Shown one piece after another: positions 38,253 to 48,307 of a DNA stretch of 64,000 bases (position 1 is the stretch's first letter; each line of letters starts with the position of its first letter). The translations under genes and the position numbers were made by a program. The notes beneath the pieces are model-generated. The model searched no databases, was not told where the DNA came from, and saw only the letters and a program-made list of their open reading frames with translations. This DNA is from Candidatus Nomurabacteria bacterium (lineage in GTDB: Bacteria; Patescibacteriota; Minisyncoccia; Phycocordibacterales; UBA9973), in the NCBI GenBank assembly GCA_943350875.1, contig CALRAL010000001.1:68992-132991 (forward strand). The letters are read 5' to 3'.

Positions 38253-39146
38253 ATGGAAGGATTTTTCTCATCTAAAAACAGTTTCTTGTATATACTTGGT
38301 ATTTTGTTTTTCTTGTTGATTTTTAACTCTTTATTTTTTAATGCTCCAAGATATTTCCCAATAGGGGATATTGTAAATATACAAGAAGGTTCAAGTCTCC
38401 ACCGTATTTCTAAATATCTAAAAGACGAGAAGATAATTGGTTCTAGAATGGCTTTTGAAGCTTTTGTGATTATGTTTGGGGGGGAGAAACATATAGTTCT
38501 AGGAGACTATTTATTTGAAAAGAAAATGCCTGTTTTTGATATAGCTTCGCGTCTTACACATGGATATCACAACTTAGCACCAGTCAAAGTGACTATCCCT
38601 GAGGGTTCAAATAACAAAGAAATAGCTGATATTTTTGGCACTAAATTGTTAAAATTCAATAAAATTAAATTTTTGACTGAGATAAAAGATAAAGAGGGCT
38701 ATCTTTTTCCCGATACTTACTTTTTTTCTACTACAGACACAGAAAAAGAAGTTATAAAAGTTATGAAGGATAATTTTAATAAAAAAGTTCCTCTTGTTTT
38801 TTCTACAATAAACATTAGTGATGTAAAGAAAAAAGATATCATAATAATGGCCTCGATAATAGAACGTGAAGCGGAAGGCGATAATGACAGAGCTATAATT
38901 TCTGGAATTCTTTGGAAAAGATTTAAAAAAGGGATGTTGTTACAAGTAGATGCTGTACCCGAGACATATAAAACAAAAGGATTACCAAAAAATCCTATAT
39001 CTAACCCTGGGCTCGAAGCCATAGAAGCGTCTATTCATCCAAAAGTCTCATCTTATTTTTTCTACTTACATGATAAAGCTGGTGTAGCTCATTATGCTGT
39101 CACTTTTAATGAACATGTTTCAAATAAATTAAAATACTTAAAATGA
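38253..39146 (+). CDS. mltG: Endolytic murein transglycosylase MltG (YceG-like)
   Basis: N-terminal TM; LLQVDAVPETYKTKGLPKNPISNPGLEAIEASIHP. Confidence 0.75.
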   Translation: MEGFFSSKNSFLYILGILFFLLIFNSLFFNAPRYFPIGDIVNIQEGSSLHRISKYLKDEKIIGSRMAFEAFVIMFGGEKHIVLGDYLFEKKMPVFDIASRLTHGYHNLAPVKVTIPEGSNNKEIADIFGTKLLKFNKIKFLTEIKDKEGYLFPDTYFFSTTDTEKEVIKVMKDNFNKKVPLVFSTINISDVKKKDIIIMASIIEREAEGDNDRAIISGILWKRFKKGMLLQVDAVPETYKTKGLPKNPISNPGLEAIEASIHPKVSSYFFYLHDKAGVAHYAVTFNEHVSNKLKYLK

Positions 39147-40342
39147 AAATAAAAAAAACTGTTTTTGTGGGGATGTCAGGGGGAGTAGATAGTGCTGTGT
39201 CAGCAACTTTACTTAAAGAACAAGGGTATGATGTAGTGGGTGTTTTCATCCGTACTTGGCATCCAGAATTTTTAAAATGCAATGAAGAAGAGGAGAGGCT
39301 AGATGCTATGCGTGTGGCAGCATTTTTAGATATTCCTTTTTTGACTTTTGATTTTGAGAAAGTGTACAAGAAAGAAGTGGCTGATTATATGATTTCTGAA
39401 TATAAGGCTGGTAGGACTCCGAATCCAGATGTGATGTGCAACAAAGAAGTGAAATTCGGCGCATTTCTCAAAAAAGTTGTTTCGATGGGTGCGGATTATG
39501 TGGCGACTGGGCATTATGCACAAACCAATAAATACACAGGGTTCCCCTGTGTTACACAGGGGAACCCTGTGTATTTAAACCTCGGGAAGCTCAAAATAGA
39601 AAGGGAAAACTTTGGTTTGTTAAAAGGAAATGATGTTACAAAAGATCAGAGTTATTTTCTTTGGATTTTAAAACAAGAACAATTAAAAAAGATTTTGTTT
39701 CCAGTTGGACATTTAAAGAAAACAGAAGTTCGTAAATTAGCCAAGAAATTAAATTTACCTGTGGCAGAGAAAAAGGATAGTCAAGGGATTTGTTTTTTGG
39801 GAGCTATTGATTTGAAAGAATTTTTAAAACATTACATAAAAGAAAAAAAAGGTGAGGTATCTAATACAGAAGGTGAGAAGATTGGATTTCATGACGGGGT
39901 AGTTTTTAATACTTTAGGAGAAAGACATGGTTTTACTATTACCAAGAAAAGTCCTAATGATGGGCCTTATTATGTAGTAGGTAAAGACTTAAAGAAGAAT
40001 ATTTTATACGTGAGTCAAGACAAAAACCATCTTGCAAAGAGTACGGATATTTTTTTACTAAAAAATTCCTCGTGCTCACGCCAGTCGCTCTCGCAAGTCT
40101 CTTTGCAAGATGGTTTTTGTCTTTGTTTAAGAGGCACTAATTGGATTTCAAAGATCCCAGAATTAAATAAAGATTACACTGCACAGATTCGTTATCATGG
40201 TAGTTTCTTACCTTGTAGAATAAAAGTTCTAAAAGGCGACAAAGCTGAGATTCACTTTAAAGAAAATGTGTTAGTTGCCCCTGGTCAGTCTTGTGTAGTT
40301 TATGATAAAGATGTTGTTCTTGGGGGAGGAATAGTTGTATAA
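39143..40342 (+). CDS. mnmA: tRNA 2-thiouridylase MnmA (contains an in-frame palindromic insert)
   Basis: VFVGMSGGVDSAVSA PP-loop, GHYAQ, KDQSYFL. Confidence 0.88.
   Translation: MKIKKTVFVGMSGGVDSAVSATLLKEQGYDVVGVFIRTWHPEFLKCNEEEERLDAMRVAAFLDIPFLTFDFEKVYKKEVADYMISEYKAGRTPNPDVMCNKEVKFGAFLKKVVSMGADYVATGHYAQTNKYTGFPCVTQGNPVYLNLGKLKIERENFGLLKGNDVTKDQSYFLWILKQEQLKKILFPVGHLKKTEVRKLAKKLNLPVAEKKDSQGICFLGAIDLKEFLKHYIKEKKGEVSNTEGEKIGFHDGVVFNTLGERHGFTITKKSPNDGPYYVVGKDLKKNILYVSQDKNHLAKSTDIFLLKNSSCSRQSLSQVSLQDGFCLCLRGTNWISKIPELNKDYTAQIRYHGSFLPCRIKVLKGDKAEIHFKENVLVAPGQSCVVYDKDVVLGGGIVV
39533..39575 (+). repeat. 43-nt near-perfect palindrome, family B, in frame inside mnmA. It encodes YTGFPCVTQGNPVY.
   Basis: ATACACAGGGTTCCCCTGTGT-T-ACACAGGGGAACCCTGTGTAT. 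Confidence 0.85.
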
Positions 40343-40823
40343 TATGCCCATGTCTACATTTTTTATTGAAAATAGTGAGCTTATTACTAGGTTAGCAGTA
40401 GCATTATTACTTGGTGCATTAATAGGGGCTGAAAGGCTTTTTGTGCACAAAGAAGCGGGAATGAAAACCCATGCATTAGTGTCACTTGGGGCGGCTGTTT
40501 TTGTTATCATCTCTGAACAAATGGCACAGAAATACATTGGTCTAGTCGGCTTTAATCCTACGATGATGGCCTCACAGGTGATAGTGGGTATTGGTTTTAT
40601 TGGTGCAGGAGTGATAATTTTCCGAGAGCAAGAGTCGAGACTTATGGGGCTCACTACTGCCTCAGGGCTTTGGGTAGCAGCTGGTATAGGTATGGCTTCA
40701 GGACTTGGATTTTTTAATTTGGCTGTAATCACTACTGTTTTGGTGTTGATTATTTTAGTAGCGATGAATTTATTGGAAAAGCCTATTAGGAAAATTTCTG
40801 AAAATGGAGATAAAAAATATTAA
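40335..40823 (+). CDS. MgtC/SapB-family membrane protein
   Basis: LAVALLLGALIGAERLFVHKEAGMKTHALVSLGAAVFVIIS. Confidence 0.7.
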   Translation: MYNMPMSTFFIENSELITRLAVALLLGALIGAERLFVHKEAGMKTHALVSLGAAVFVIISEQMAQKYIGLVGFNPTMMASQVIVGIGFIGAGVIIFREQESRLMGLTTASGLWVAAGIGMASGLGFFNLAVITTVLVLIILVAMNLLEKPIRKISENGDKKY

Positions 40824-40831
40824 TTCTTTTT

Positions 40832-42478
40832 ATGAAGTCAGATGAAGTCAGATCAAGATTCTTAAAATTCTTTGAAGGAAGAGGACATAAAATAATCCCT
40901 TCATCTTCACTTATCCCAGCAGGTGATCCGTCTGTGCTTTTTACTACTGCTGGGATGCAACAATTCAAACCATATTATACTGCGGGAGATAATGCGGAAA
41001 GGGATTTTGGTTCTAGAAATGTAGTCACAGTGCAGAAATGCATTCGTACTGGGGATATAGATGAAGTAGGGGATTCTACGCACCTGACATTTTTTGAAAT
41101 GCTGGGCAACTTTTCTTTTGGTGGTTATGGCAGACGTGAGGCTATAACTTATGCTTATGATTTTATAACGAAAGAATTGGGATTAAGTATTTCTTATGTG
41201 ACTATTTATAAAGGTGAGGGAATAGTTCCAAAAGACGAAGAATCAAAAAAGATCTGGAGTGAACTCGATAATAATTTGGAAATAAGAGAGGATGGCAGTG
41301 ATGTGTTTTGGGGTCCGACAGGGGACAGTGGTCCTTGTGGACCGACGACAGAGATATATTGCAAGAATGCTCTAGGTAAAGATGTAGAGATTTGGAACAT
41401 TGTTTTTAATGAATATTTTTGTGATGGTTCTCGTGAAAAATTAGATAAAGGAGAAGCAACACTTAAAAAACTTTCTATTTTGGGTATTGATACTGGGATG
41501 GGCTTGGAACGCTTGCTTGCTACTGTTCAAAACAAGAAAAATGTTTATGAGACTGATCTTTTTAACAACGAAGAAACTAGAGAAGAGCGAATAGTTGCTG
41601 ATCATGTGAAAGCTTCTCTATTTATGATTTCGGATGGAGCTAGGCCTTCAAATACCGGGGCGGGATATGTTTTGAGGAGGTTGATTAGACGAGCAGTTAA
41701 ATTTTCTAAAAATCCTTTAATTCAAGAAATTGAGAAAATAAAAGGTATATATAACAGTATTTATATTTTAGATGATAAAGGAGAAATTGAAAAAGAAGAG
41801 AAAAAATTCAGGGAAACTTTAGAGAATGGTATAAAAGAATTTGAGAAGGGGATTGATCCATTTATTTTGGCTACTACTTATGGTTTTCCCATAGAGCTCA
41901 CTTTAGAGTTAGCAAAAGAGAAGGGGATAAAAATAGATGTAGAAGATTTTAATAAAAAAATGGCAGAACATCAGAAACTCTCTCAGACTTCTTCAGCTGG
42001 GATGTTTAAAGGGGGACTCGCAAATCATAACGAGAAGACTGTTAAGCTACACACCGCGCATCATTTGTTGTTAGCAGGGCTCCAGAATGTAGTTGATAAA
42101 AATATAAAACAACGTGGAAGTAATATTACAGAAGAACGTTTGCGTATTGACTTCCTTTGTGATCATAAGTTAACAGATGAAGAAAAGAAAAAAGTTGAAG
42201 ACTGGGTAAATGATAAAATTCACCAAGGCCTAAATGTAGTGCATAAAGAAATGCCTTTAACTGAAGCAGAGAAGTTAGGGGCAGAAATGGAATTTGGAGC
42301 AAAATATCCTGAAACAGTTTCTGTTTATTTTATTGAAGACGGAAGTGGCAATGCTATATCAAAAGAATTTTGCGGTGGACCGCACGTGAAGAATACAGCG
42401 GAGCTAGGAGAATTTAAAATTCAAAAAGAAGAAGCAGTAGCACAAGGTATTAGACGCATAAAAGCTGTACTGCTCTGA
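40832..42478 (+). CDS. alaS: Alanyl-tRNA synthetase, compact form (catalytic plus editing domains, no C-Ala extension)
   Basis: FTTAGMQQFKPYY, HLTFFEMLGNFSFGGY, GMGLERL; editing motifs HTAHHLLLAGL and CGGPHV. Confidence 0.85.
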   Translation: MKSDEVRSRFLKFFEGRGHKIIPSSSLIPAGDPSVLFTTAGMQQFKPYYTAGDNAERDFGSRNVVTVQKCIRTGDIDEVGDSTHLTFFEMLGNFSFGGYGRREAITYAYDFITKELGLSISYVTIYKGEGIVPKDEESKKIWSELDNNLEIREDGSDVFWGPTGDSGPCGPTTEIYCKNALGKDVEIWNIVFNEYFCDGSREKLDKGEATLKKLSILGIDTGMGLERLLATVQNKKNVYETDLFNNEETREERIVADHVKASLFMISDGARPSNTGAGYVLRRLIRRAVKFSKNPLIQEIEKIKGIYNSIYILDDKGEIEKEEKKFRETLENGIKEFEKGIDPFILATTYGFPIELTLELAKEKGIKIDVEDFNKKMAEHQKLSQTSSAGMFKGGLANHNEKTVKLHTAHHLLLAGLQNVVDKNIKQRGSNITEERLRIDFLCDHKLTDEEKKKVEDWVNDKIHQGLNVVHKEMPLTEAEKLGAEMEFGAKYPETVSVYFIEDGSGNAISKEFCGGPHVKNTAELGEFKIQKEEAVAQGIRRIKAVLL

Positions 42479-42505
42479 TGTGTTTATGCTATAATAAATT
42501 ACAAT

Positions 42506-42847
42506 ATGCCTAAGTTTATTTATATTATTTTTGTAGTTATTTCAGCTACAGCTGTGGCTGTTGGCGATGTCCTTCTAAAAAAAGCTTCCAACTACACTAA
42601 TTTTTACATTTTTTTAAAAAGTCCATGGGTAATAATTGCAATTTTACTTTATATTCTTAGTACACTTATTTTTTCTTATCTTTTCTTTATAGGTACAAAA
42701 TTAGTGGATGTAGGAATAGTTCAAATCATTCTTTATGCGATTATAGTTGTTGGTTCTGGTGTCTTATTTTTCAATGAAACATTATCTTTAGTGAAAATTA
42801 TTGGTATTTTATTAGGGATCACTGGTGTTATTTTAATAAATTTATAA
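42506..42847 (+). CDS. Small four-TM membrane protein (SMR/EamA-like)
   Basis: 113 aa, four hydrophobic helices. Confidence 0.45.
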   Translation: MPKFIYIIFVVISATAVAVGDVLLKKASNYTNFYIFLKSPWVIIAILLYILSTLIFSYLFFIGTKLVDVGIVQIILYAIIVVGSGVLFFNETLSLVKIIGILLGITGVILINL

Positions 42848-42885
42848 TTTGCCTTCTTTTTTACTTAATAATATAATATATCGAT

Positions 42886-43269
42886 ATGAATGAAACAAAA
42901 CCACATTTAGGATACAAAGGAAATTATGGTCTAGAATTAATAATGGATCTTAAGGGGTGTGATCTTTCTGATTTAAGTCGAGAGAAACTAAAGCGTTTTT
43001 TTGTGGAATTATGTGACCTTATTAAAATGGTAAGGCATGGAGACCCTTTTTATTGGGAAGACACATCTGATATCCCTCATTTACAAGGCATCTCTGGTTT
43101 CCAGTTTATTGAAACAAGCAATGTCGTTTGTCATCCTCTTCCTATACTAAAAGCTGTGTACCTTAATATATTTTCCTGTAAAGAATTTGACACTGACGAA
43201 GCATTAAAATTTTGTAAAGACTTTTGGGGTGCAACTTCAGAGAATCATACTGTTATTACTCGTGTGTAG
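42886..43269 (+). CDS. S-adenosylmethionine decarboxylase-like (SpeH/AdoMetDC family)
   Basis: LIMDLKGCD...ISGFQFIETSNVVCHPLP...VYLNIFSCKEF parallels the ESH(I)SIHTWPE / DIFTCG pattern. Confidence 0.5.
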   Translation: MNETKPHLGYKGNYGLELIMDLKGCDLSDLSREKLKRFFVELCDLIKMVRHGDPFYWEDTSDIPHLQGISGFQFIETSNVVCHPLPILKAVYLNIFSCKEFDTDEALKFCKDFWGATSENHTVITRV

Positions 43270-43279
43270 GTAAATATTT

Positions 43280-44107
43280 ATGAAATTAGAAAAATCATCA
43301 AAAACAATCATTACACTGTATGCAATTATATGTGCATTTTGGATTTTTCTCTTTATTGTAAGTAAATATGCTCTTATAGATAGCCAGTTGTTGGAGACCA
43401 TACAACACTTTACTCAAATACCGCTAGTAATTTTACCATTAGTTGGTGGTATTATAGGTCTTAAAAACTCTCTTCTCTGGAGTGGTGTTAAAAGCGTTGT
43501 TGGACGCAGTTCTATGGCTTTGAGCCTTGGATTGATTGCATGGGCTGGAGGAATGATTATTTGGAATTACTATCTTTTCTTTACTAACAACGAAGTTCCT
43601 TATCCATCATTGGCAGATATTGTGTTCATCTTAAGTTGGCCACTTTGGACCTATGGTATTTGGAAACTATCTGAAGCTATTGGTGTTAAGTTCGCTTTTC
43701 GTAAAATAAGCAATATATTTTTTGTAGTACCGTCACTTATTATTTTTATTTCTGTTTATCTTTTAATGTATGTTGCTCGTAGTGGAATTACTTATGAAAA
43801 TCCATTTAAATTATTTTTTGATTTATTCTACCCCCTAGGAGACATTGTCATATTGACAGTTACAGCATCAGTTTATTTGCTTCTAAGGAAATTTTTAGGT
43901 GGTATATATAAGGTTCCAGTGTTGATACTATTTTTTGGATTTCTATTAAACTACTTTTCAGACTTCTTGTTCTCGTACACAACCACTCAGGGTACGTATT
44001 TCAATGGTCATATTGTGGACTTTTTGTTTACCACAACAATGTTTGTTTTATCATTAGGTTTATCAATGTTAAGTCCAAGTATTCTAGATTCTAGGATAGA
44101 AGACTAA
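43280..44107 (+). CDS. Polytopic membrane protein (hypothetical)
   Basis: At least seven hydrophobic helices. Confidence 0.5.
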   Translation: MKLEKSSKTIITLYAIICAFWIFLFIVSKYALIDSQLLETIQHFTQIPLVILPLVGGIIGLKNSLLWSGVKSVVGRSSMALSLGLIAWAGGMIIWNYYLFFTNNEVPYPSLADIVFILSWPLWTYGIWKLSEAIGVKFAFRKISNIFFVVPSLIIFISVYLLMYVARSGITYENPFKLFFDLFYPLGDIVILTVTASVYLLLRKFLGGIYKVPVLILFFGFLLNYFSDFLFSYTTTQGTYFNGHIVDFLFTTTMFVLSLGLSMLSPSILDSRIED

Positions 44108-44118
44108 ATATAAATTTT

Positions 44119-44406
44119 ATGGATACAACAATTAAATTGCCACAAATAGCTTTGAGAATAATCCAAGCACAAGCAATGATTATAGGAGTTTCAGCTTGGA
44201 AAGAAGCTGGCAGAGTAAGTGGACTTGTTGTTGATGAGGCACACACTTCAGTTTCTTTTAATGGAGACGCAAAAGACATTTTAAACAAACTGGTTCTTAG
44301 ATATGAGCAAGTTTTTGGCAAGCTTTCTGATGAAGTGTGTAAAGAAGCTGCGAGAGATTTAATTTCAGAATTACCAGCTGAAGAAATACCTTCAAGTCTT
44401 AAATAA
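44119..44406 (+). CDS. Hypothetical protein
   Basis: ORF only. Confidence 0.35.
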   Translation: MDTTIKLPQIALRIIQAQAMIIGVSAWKEAGRVSGLVVDEAHTSVSFNGDAKDILNKLVLRYEQVFGKLSDEVCKEAARDLISELPAEEIPSSLK

Positions 44407-44409
44407 TAC

Positions 44410-45810
44410 ATGCCTGATACAGACATCAAAAATACAGAGGCACAAACTCTCTATAATCAAGAAATATATAAATATGGACGAGAGCTTGCTTCTGTCAACA
44501 AGACACTTACTCTTTTACGAGAGTTGTACAAAATAACTCTGCTTTCACTTGATCCTGTTGCGGTAGCGACACAAGTTTCAATATTAATGCGCGATAGCCT
44601 ACATCTTGAAATGGTGGGACTTTTTCTTTTTACTCACAAAGAAGACACATTTTTGCCGCTTGCTTTCGCAAAATCTGATCGTTTAATTTCAGTTTTACGT
44701 AAACTTGATTTTTTGTTTAGTGATATAACAATTACAGGGGTTACAAAACGTTCTTTTTTCAACAGTCTTTTTGAAGGAGAGTTTGTGGTCACAAGAAATA
44801 TTTCTGATATTTGGGGCGGGCTTGTAAATGATAATGATTTAAAAACTATTACAGAATCAGCCAATTTAAAAACAACTATATTATATCCATTACTTACAGA
44901 AGAAAAAATTATTGGTGTGATCCTTTTGAACTATAATTCGTCTTATGATCAGATTTCCGCATCTGAAAAGGATTCTTTAAAATCCTTTTCAGATGCTATA
45001 GCTGTTTCACTTGATAAGTCATATATGTACAAAGAGCTTACGATGGCCAATAAAAATCTGATGGCTGTCAACAAAGAAATGGAATTAGCCAATAAACAAT
45101 TAAAAACAGTTGACGAAACAAAATCTAGTATTTTGTCTTTCGCTCAACATTATTTACAGAATCCAATAGAAAATATTGTTATGGCATCTTCTATGCTTGC
45201 TGATGGATCATTTGGAGATAAAATTGAAGATATAAAAAAGGCTTCGGTACGAATGTTTGAATCTGCCAGGCATTTATCTCTGACAGTAAAAATGTGGTTG
45301 AAAGCCCTTGATTTCGAAGAAAATAGAGTCGAATACAAAATAGCAGATTTAGATTTATATAACCTAATATCTCAAATAGTAAAAGATTGGACTTTAATTG
45401 CGAATGATAGAGGTATTGCTTTTTCCTTTGAGACTGATAATCATCCACCATATACTATCAAAGCAGATCAAACATGGATACATGATGTAATAATAAACTT
45501 AATAGATAATGCTTTTAAAATGACTGAAAAAGGATTTATTAAGTTAAAATTAGAGAAAATTGGTATTGAAAAAGTAAGGTTTTCAATTACTGATTCAGGA
45601 GTGGGTATCGATATGGAAACATTATCAAAACTATTCCAGAAATTTGAACGTGGACATGAGGGTTGGCGAAACAATGTTGAAGGCACAGGATTAGGATTAT
45701 ATATTTCTAAGAAGATTGTGGAAGAAGGCCATCATGGCAAAATCTGGGCAGAATCTGAGGGGCATGGCAAAGGAGCCACTTTTTATGTTGAGCTTCCAAT
45801 TGTGTTATAA
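44410..45810 (+). CDS. Cytoplasmic GAF-domain sensor histidine kinase; no response regulator adjacent
   Basis: HATPase_c: GTGLGLYISKKIVEEGHHGKIWAESEGHGKGATFYVELP. Confidence 0.8.
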   Translation: MPDTDIKNTEAQTLYNQEIYKYGRELASVNKTLTLLRELYKITLLSLDPVAVATQVSILMRDSLHLEMVGLFLFTHKEDTFLPLAFAKSDRLISVLRKLDFLFSDITITGVTKRSFFNSLFEGEFVVTRNISDIWGGLVNDNDLKTITESANLKTTILYPLLTEEKIIGVILLNYNSSYDQISASEKDSLKSFSDAIAVSLDKSYMYKELTMANKNLMAVNKEMELANKQLKTVDETKSSILSFAQHYLQNPIENIVMASSMLADGSFGDKIEDIKKASVRMFESARHLSLTVKMWLKALDFEENRVEYKIADLDLYNLISQIVKDWTLIANDRGIAFSFETDNHPPYTIKADQTWIHDVIINLIDNAFKMTEKGFIKLKLEKIGIEKVRFSITDSGVGIDMETLSKLFQKFERGHEGWRNNVEGTGLGLYISKKIVEEGHHGKIWAESEGHGKGATFYVELPIVL

Positions 45811-45817
45811 TTAAGTT

Positions 45818-46990
45818 ATGAATTTTTTTGGAAAGTCTAAAGAAAAAGATAAATTAATGGCTGTTTTTGACATAGGGTCTTTTTCTGTTGGTGGTGCTCT
45901 TTTTTATAAGACAAAATCTGGTGTACCAAGGATAGTTTTTTCAGTTCGTGAATTTATAAATCTTGAGAAGGAATTTATCCCTGATAATTTTTTTAATCTT
46001 ACTCTAAAATCGCTCAGCATTGTAGCTAGCAAATTGCACAAATCCGGGTTAGGAGCTCCAGACAAGTTCTTTTGTGTGCTTTCTTCACCTTGGTATGAGT
46101 CTGAAATTAGAACCATAAATCTAAAGAAAAATGTTCCTTTTGTTTTCAATATGAAATTAGCTAACAGTATGATAGAAAAAGGAATAACTTTATTTAAGGA
46201 AGAGTGTGCCAAAAAGAATGAAAAAGAAAACAGCAATATGATTCCAATAGAGCTAAAGAGTATGAAAACGACGCTCAATGGCTACACAGTCTCTAATTTA
46301 TTTGATCAAAAGGCAAAAGAAGTTGAAATGAGTGTTTTCGTTTCCTTAAGTCATGAGCAAATTTTAAAAAGGATAGAAGACACCCTAAAGAAACACTTTC
46401 TCTTTGAGAATCTAAAGTTTTCTTCTTTCACAATGGCTTCTTTTACTGTAGCACGTGACATGTTTATGAGTCATGAGGACTTTTTCTTGATTAATTTAGG
46501 AGGAGAGATAACTGACATTTCAATGGTTAAAAAAGATATTTTAAAAGAATCCATTTCTTTCCCTGTTGGTCATAATTTTATTATTCGTGGTGTCGCAAAG
46601 ACTTTGAATTGTAGTTTAAGCGAAGCAGAATCACTTATATCACTTTACAAAGAAGGACATATGGCGGAGTCTGCTTTAAAGGAATTTGATCCTGTTATAG
46701 ATAAATTTAAAAAAGAATGGTTGCAACATTTTCAGAATTCTCTAGCAAATATTTCAAATGATATATCTATACCAGCAACCATTTTCATAACGGCAGATTT
46801 GAATTTTTCAGAATTTTTCTGTCAAATTATAAAATCAGAAGAATTTAGTCAGCACACAATGACTGAATCAGAATTCAAGGTTGTGTTTTTAGGCACTCAA
46901 GCTCTTCATGGCATAGCCATAGAAGAAAATATTGCTCGTGATCCATTTATTACCATAGAATCTGTTTACATTAATCGTTTTCTCAACTAA
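45818..46990 (+). CDS. Actin-fold ATPase-like protein (PilM/FtsA-like), tentative
   Basis: MAVFDIGSFSVGGALF (phosphate-1-like) and INLGGEITDISMV (phosphate-2-like). Confidence 0.4.
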   Translation: MNFFGKSKEKDKLMAVFDIGSFSVGGALFYKTKSGVPRIVFSVREFINLEKEFIPDNFFNLTLKSLSIVASKLHKSGLGAPDKFFCVLSSPWYESEIRTINLKKNVPFVFNMKLANSMIEKGITLFKEECAKKNEKENSNMIPIELKSMKTTLNGYTVSNLFDQKAKEVEMSVFVSLSHEQILKRIEDTLKKHFLFENLKFSSFTMASFTVARDMFMSHEDFFLINLGGEITDISMVKKDILKESISFPVGHNFIIRGVAKTLNCSLSEAESLISLYKEGHMAESALKEFDPVIDKFKKEWLQHFQNSLANISNDISIPATIFITADLNFSEFFCQIIKSEEFSQHTMTESEFKVVFLGTQALHGIAIEENIARDPFITIESVYINRFLN

Positions 46991-47001
46991 AATATAAAGA
47001 G

Positions 47002-48246
47002 ATGTCAAAAAACTTACTTCAAGACGTTATAAAAATAAAAAGAATTACTAGAAAACCAATCAAAGAAGAAGAGATTGAAGAAATTAAAGTGGCTTACAAA
47101 GAACCCAAAAAGGGTGGCTTTAAATATAGACTTTGGATTTTAGCTTTTATTTCAACTGGAGTTTTACTTTTTGCGCTTTCTTTTTTATTTTCTCAAGCAA
47201 AAATAATTATAAACCCCAAAATACAAAATCTGCCCCTAAATCAGAATATTTCTGCTGTTAAGGATTCTACTGCTGATAATTTGTCTTTTGACTTGGTTGC
47301 AATCTCTGGAGATGAATCTAAAAATATAGAAGGTAGCAAAGAAAAAAATGTATCAGAAAAGGCAAAAGGCACCATACTTTTCTACAATGCTTTTAGTTAT
47401 ACTCCGCAAGTATTGGCTGTAGATAGCAGGATTGAAGGTTCTAATGGCAAAATTTACAAAATCGCAAAAAAAATAAGCATCCCTGGCATGACAAAAGGAG
47501 GCACTCCTGGGAAGTTCGAAGTGGGTGTGTATGCATCTCTTGCAGGTGAATCTTACAATAGCGCTCCACTTGATTTCAAAGTTTTAGGTTTTAAAGGTAC
47601 TGCAAAATATAGTAAAATCTATGCCAGATCAGAAAGCAGTATAACAGGCGGGATCAAAGGTGTTTTCCATCAGGTCTCTGATACTGACAAAATATTCGCG
47701 GTGAATGATTTGAAAAATATTTTAAAAGCAAAACTTCTGAAAAAAGTCACAGAGCAGATACCCGAAGGCTTCATTCTCTTTAAGGATGCAGTTTTTCTGG
47801 ATATAAACAATGATGATGTTAAATCTTTTTCTAAAGATACTTTGATCCCTGTATCTGTGAAAGGGACTTTGTATGGCTTTCTTTTTGATGAAAAAAAGCT
47901 TACAAAGAATATAGCTCAAGCGATTGTAGATAAATATGACGGGAGCGATGTATATGTACAAAATATAAAAGATCTAAAGTTTTCTCTTCTAGATCAAGAA
48001 AGTACTTCATTTAAAGATGTAAAGAATATAGATTTTAATTTATCGGGTACTCCTAAGATAGTTTGGAAAATAGATGAAAATAAGTTTATAAATGATATAT
48101 TAGGTAAGAGTAAAAAAGATTTTGATACGATACTCTCTTCTTATGTGAGTATAGACTCTGCGTCCTTATCTATTAGCCCTTTTTGGAAGAATTATTTTCC
48201 CGAAAAAGCACAAAGTATAAAAGTGACCATAAATTACCCACAATAA
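47002..48246 (+). CDS. Bitopic membrane protein (hypothetical)
   Basis: Cytoplasmic N-terminus, single TM, large extracytoplasmic domain. Confidence 0.45.
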   Translation: MSKNLLQDVIKIKRITRKPIKEEEIEEIKVAYKEPKKGGFKYRLWILAFISTGVLLFALSFLFSQAKIIINPKIQNLPLNQNISAVKDSTADNLSFDLVAISGDESKNIEGSKEKNVSEKAKGTILFYNAFSYTPQVLAVDSRIEGSNGKIYKIAKKISIPGMTKGGTPGKFEVGVYASLAGESYNSAPLDFKVLGFKGTAKYSKIYARSESSITGGIKGVFHQVSDTDKIFAVNDLKNILKAKLLKKVTEQIPEGFILFKDAVFLDINNDDVKSFSKDTLIPVSVKGTLYGFLFDEKKLTKNIAQAIVDKYDGSDVYVQNIKDLKFSLLDQESTSFKDVKNIDFNLSGTPKIVWKIDENKFINDILGKSKKDFDTILSSYVSIDSASLSISPFWKNYFPEKAQSIKVTINYPQ

Positions 48247-48307
48247 CTTTAAAATAGAAGGTGTATTTGACACCGATCTTTAATTTTGTTATATTTAATC
48301 TGTATAA

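Noticed and set aside
38081-38275. 64-aa ORF overlapping the 3' end of 36888-38249
   Set aside because: It is out of frame inside a longer ORF and has no independent signal.
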